Assembly: GCA_030295235.1 (NCBI GenBank)
Contig: AP026172.1
Location: 310,001-374,000 of the forward strand
Direction: 5' to 3'
Length of the DNA: 64,000 bases
DNA from: Fistulifera solaris
Lineage: Eukaryota
Shown here: in pieces, positions 61,105 to 64,000 of the stretch
How positions within the stretch are numbered: position 1 is the first letter of the stretch
How the letters are laid out: each line of letters starts with the position of its first letter
Position numbers and translations under genes: made by a program
Notes under the pieces: generated by a model
Database searches by the model: none
What the model was told of the DNA's origin: nothing
The model's input: the letters and a program-made list of their open reading frames with translations, nothing else

Positions 61105-62037
61105 TCACCGCGAAGAGAATACCCCATTGAAAGCACCTAAACTACCAATCGCAATACCAACACCGACCGCGAATGCACCCATGAACTTGCGACGCCTTTC
61201 GCAGGCAATTACCATGGCCGCCGACTCGTCGGGACTACTGAGGATGGTAACAAAATCGTGTGCATCAGCAATGATGCGACCGGCTGCGGCAGATCGCATA
61301 TTCGGTGTAGGAATTTCGTTGACTTGCAGACATCGCTGTCCCGATATCAGCAAGCTGTCTGCGAAAATACCCGACGGATCGATCCCGCTAATGGAAAGGG
61401 CGCCCCGACGATTTCTGAACGACAAGCCAACTTTCCGACGGTTACAGTGCTTCTGTGAGGCATTCGAAACCAGATTGGGATTGCCGTCTTCGTTGTGAAC
61501 GATCAGTGAAACGGCAGTGGGGGCATCTTGAAACAGCTGACGTACTTGTTTTGCCGAGCGCTTCAGACAGGAGGCCCCATTGACAGATAATATGCGATCA
61601 CCGGCGCGTATGTTGGATCTAGCAAACAGCCCGTCGGGAGAGATTCGCGAAATATAGACTGCGTCTCCGCGTCTTCGCAAAAAGATACCGACGTTGGCGT
61701 CTGCGTGCGGTTTCCACACCCGGCAAAAGAGCAATGCGGGTCGTGAATGCGAAAAGGAACTCGTTCCGAGATGAACATCCACATCCGTCGTTGAGGAAAG
61801 CGGTACGGCGCGGACTTCATTTTCTAGTAAAGGGACACTCAAATCTGTTTCCACAATGTGATCGAGTCCTAATTCAATTCCGCTGAAACGGTCCCATTCC
61901 TCCGAATGCGAGCCATCATGATCCTCAACAATGTCACACGGTTCTAGAACGACGATATCACTTTGCCGCTCATTGAGGGACTTCCAAGGTCTATGAATAG
62001 GGGTTTCTATCGAGGGTGGCTTTGGAGATTGTAGCAT
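61105..62037 (-). CDS. Tandem PDZ-domain protein with C-terminal membrane anchor
   Basis: VGIFL..ISRISPDGLFA..IRAGDRILSVNG; second unit VGLSF..IDPSGIFADSLL..GQ..VN; hydrophobic tail. Confidence 0.75.
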   Translation of the reverse strand: MLQSPKPPSIETPIHRPWKSLNERQSDIVVLEPCDIVEDHDGSHSEEWDRFSGIELGLDHIVETDLSVPLLENEVRAVPLSSTTDVDVHLGTSSFSHSRPALLFCRVWKPHADANVGIFLRRRGDAVYISRISPDGLFARSNIRAGDRILSVNGASCLKRSAKQVRQLFQDAPTAVSLIVHNEDGNPNLVSNASQKHCNRRKVGLSFRNRRGALSISGIDPSGIFADSLLISGQRCLQVNEIPTPNMRSAAAGRIIADAHDFVTILSSPDESAAMVIACERRRKFMGAFAVGVGIAIGSLGAFNGVFSSR

Positions 62038-62723
62038 GGTGTTTATCTTGGTATACTTTTGTTTAATCGTCTAAATGAATGATTGCTGAAGGTGATGAGA
62101 CGCTTCGTATTCGCGTTACTGGTATAGAACGGTTAGGAGGTCTTTGCCGTTCCTACGAAAACTCTTGCCCTTCCGTACTGGTACCAGGTATTGCATTCTA
62201 CGTGCTTCTAAGTAGGTCGGCGTTGCTGAAGATACGGGTTTTAATAAGTGACGTCCGATACGTGATACCACTACTAGAGTCTGTCAAACCAAAGAACACG
62301 ATGGTGAATTGATGAAATGGTGACATCCTTGTTCAAGCTGACGCCTACAATCAAGAGCTACATTCTTCTTTCGGTTTTTCTCCACGCACTTTTTAGTTTT
62401 AGCGTTTGCGGTTCTGCGGGTTTCGGTTTCTTGGATTTTCTGTTTTCTGTCTTCCGTGGCGGACCACGGAACTTTTGCGAGAAATAAATAAATATTCTAC
62501 TCCGTGTCCTTGTAGTTCGAAATCCATCGCGCAATTCTTCCACGTTGCAGTGAGCCAGATACCGGAGCGAATGAATACCTGAAAGGCGGACTGATGGACT
62601 GACGCTTACGAATGTTTGCGCACGAGATGTTGACGAAAATGACGACATTCGATCCCGAATGAATAAGTAGACCTTGATATCACATTTCGAGTACAGAAGA
62701 GAATTATGACTTTCTCGTATGAC

Positions 62724-62750
62724 CTGTCGTCTGTCGTCTGTCGTCTGTCG
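62724..62750. repeat. heptamer tandem repeat (CTGTCGT)n
   Basis: About 4 copies, followed by imperfect TCAAGA(T/C) repeats at about 62777-62798. Confidence 0.8.
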
Positions 62751-63273
62751 CTGAACGCTGAAGTCGTACATGTCGTTCAAGATTCAAGACTCAAGACTGA
62801 ACATGTACTGACCACAGGAAGCTGTTTGGGTTTAGGGACTTTTAAGGAACGATACAACAGTACATCTTTGACTATAAGTCTCGAGTCACGAACGAGTACT
62901 CTATTGTGGAATAATTATGGCCAAAGAACAAGCAGGGTTGATGGGGGCGATTGGTTGGCTGTTGGCTGGTTGACGGTTACAGGAACCGTGAACGTTCCCA
63001 TTGACATTTCTCTACTTTTATGAGACGAATGACAAAAATTTACGTTTACTATGTACGATGTAAAATGCAAAATGTCAATGATCTTGAGAAGGGAGAAAGA
63101 AGAAAGCCCTTTCGTCTTTCATTCTCGCACTTCACGTCTCGCTGCCCACAGCCTGTTCCCGGACTTTTTCCAGTAATGCGCTGCTTCCTATCGGTCATCC
63201 ATTTTATTTTCTCCCCCAAAACATTCATTTTCTAGTTTCAAGTTTTTCTGGTTAAATCAATTTAACCAAGCTA

Positions 63274-64000
63274 TGGCTCCTTTACTGAGATATAATTCTT
63301 TCGAAAGCTACAATGGAACTGTACACAATGATACGTTCAGCAGCGAAAGATTCGCCGCCCCATGAAATCGCAGCTGGAAGCGATTGTGCCGATTTTATGC
63401 ACGCTCACAAAGAAACGCGTTCGCTTCAATGAGCACCTAAATGTAACATTTGACCCAGTGAATCCCTATTATACAGACGACGATATTGCAACAAAATGGT
63501 GGGGCGAAAAGACTTTATTGGAAGTACGGCAAAGGGCGAGAAAGCTCAGCACTTCACTTCGACAGTCCTCACGAAGTCACGATTGCGACCTTACGATGGC
63601 ACACCGAAAAATCACGTTGATTCTAAAAAGGGATTTCAATTCATTGTTAAAACTGACAAGAACTTCTCCGGATCAAGATCTTTCCTCCTGGTGTTCTCAC
63701 GACGACGGTCGGCGGGGGTTGGAACGTTTTACGTCAAAAGTGTATGCCAGTTTTCGAAAGCGAGACGTGGCCGGAACGGTCTCTGCGGTTCTAGAAGAAC
63801 AGCAACGTCAATCTCTCTCTCATTTCAAGGACCCCGAATTGATAGCGCAGGCTTCCAGAAGAGTATCGCAAAGGTCAAGGTCACTGGCAAACTTCTTTGG
63901 TGCAGCGGATGCAAAGCAAGCGTTGTCGAAAAGAGTTAAAGAACCCACGCGCACTGCACCTGCTCGGAAGAAGAGTAAAATTTGTGAAGAAAGTAGCATA
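63274..64000 (+). CDS. hypothetical protein of the diatom 'V.F..RGLE' family; runs off the window end
   Basis: Frame from 63362 stays open to the end: KKRVRFNE..WW..DGRRGLERF..AVLEEQQRQ..DPELIAQ; absent from the ORF track because it has no stop. Confidence 0.7.

Noticed and set aside
63496..63939. 147-aa ORF in the track
   Set aside because: Alternative frame of the stop-less RGLE-family gene

Overview
Gene-dense eukaryotic nuclear DNA, most likely a pennate diatom. The evidence is short GT-AG introns, bipartite ASAFAP-type plastid presequences, a trpA-trpB fusion, and HA-repeat, HMG and 'RGLE' families typical of diatoms. About 35 protein-coding genes can be reconstructed. Many housekeeping ORFs are broken by single-base indels, mostly in homopolymers, which look like long-read consensus errors rather than pseudogenisation. 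There are two transposons. One is an apparently young, poly(A)-tailed CRE-like non-LTR retrotransposon (about 12.3-16.7 kb) with an N-terminal CXC cysteine cluster and an acidic insert in its RT, sitting between two paralogous small ER-retained proteins. The other is an old, internally deleted Copia (CoDi-like) relic (about 23.9-27.3 kb) with heavy CpG decay. The best candidate for novel biology is a plastid-targeted carotenoid-cleavage-oxygenase homologue in which all four iron-binding histidines appear replaced (putative pseudo-enzyme). Other leads are a divergent Mago nashi, a putatively mitochondrial six-repeat HA protein, a minimal tRNA-splicing endonuclease subunit, a truncated UVSSA-like protein and a GGTAC/GTACC motif recurring upstream of genes. 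All calls come from by-eye motif recognition; no database searches were run.
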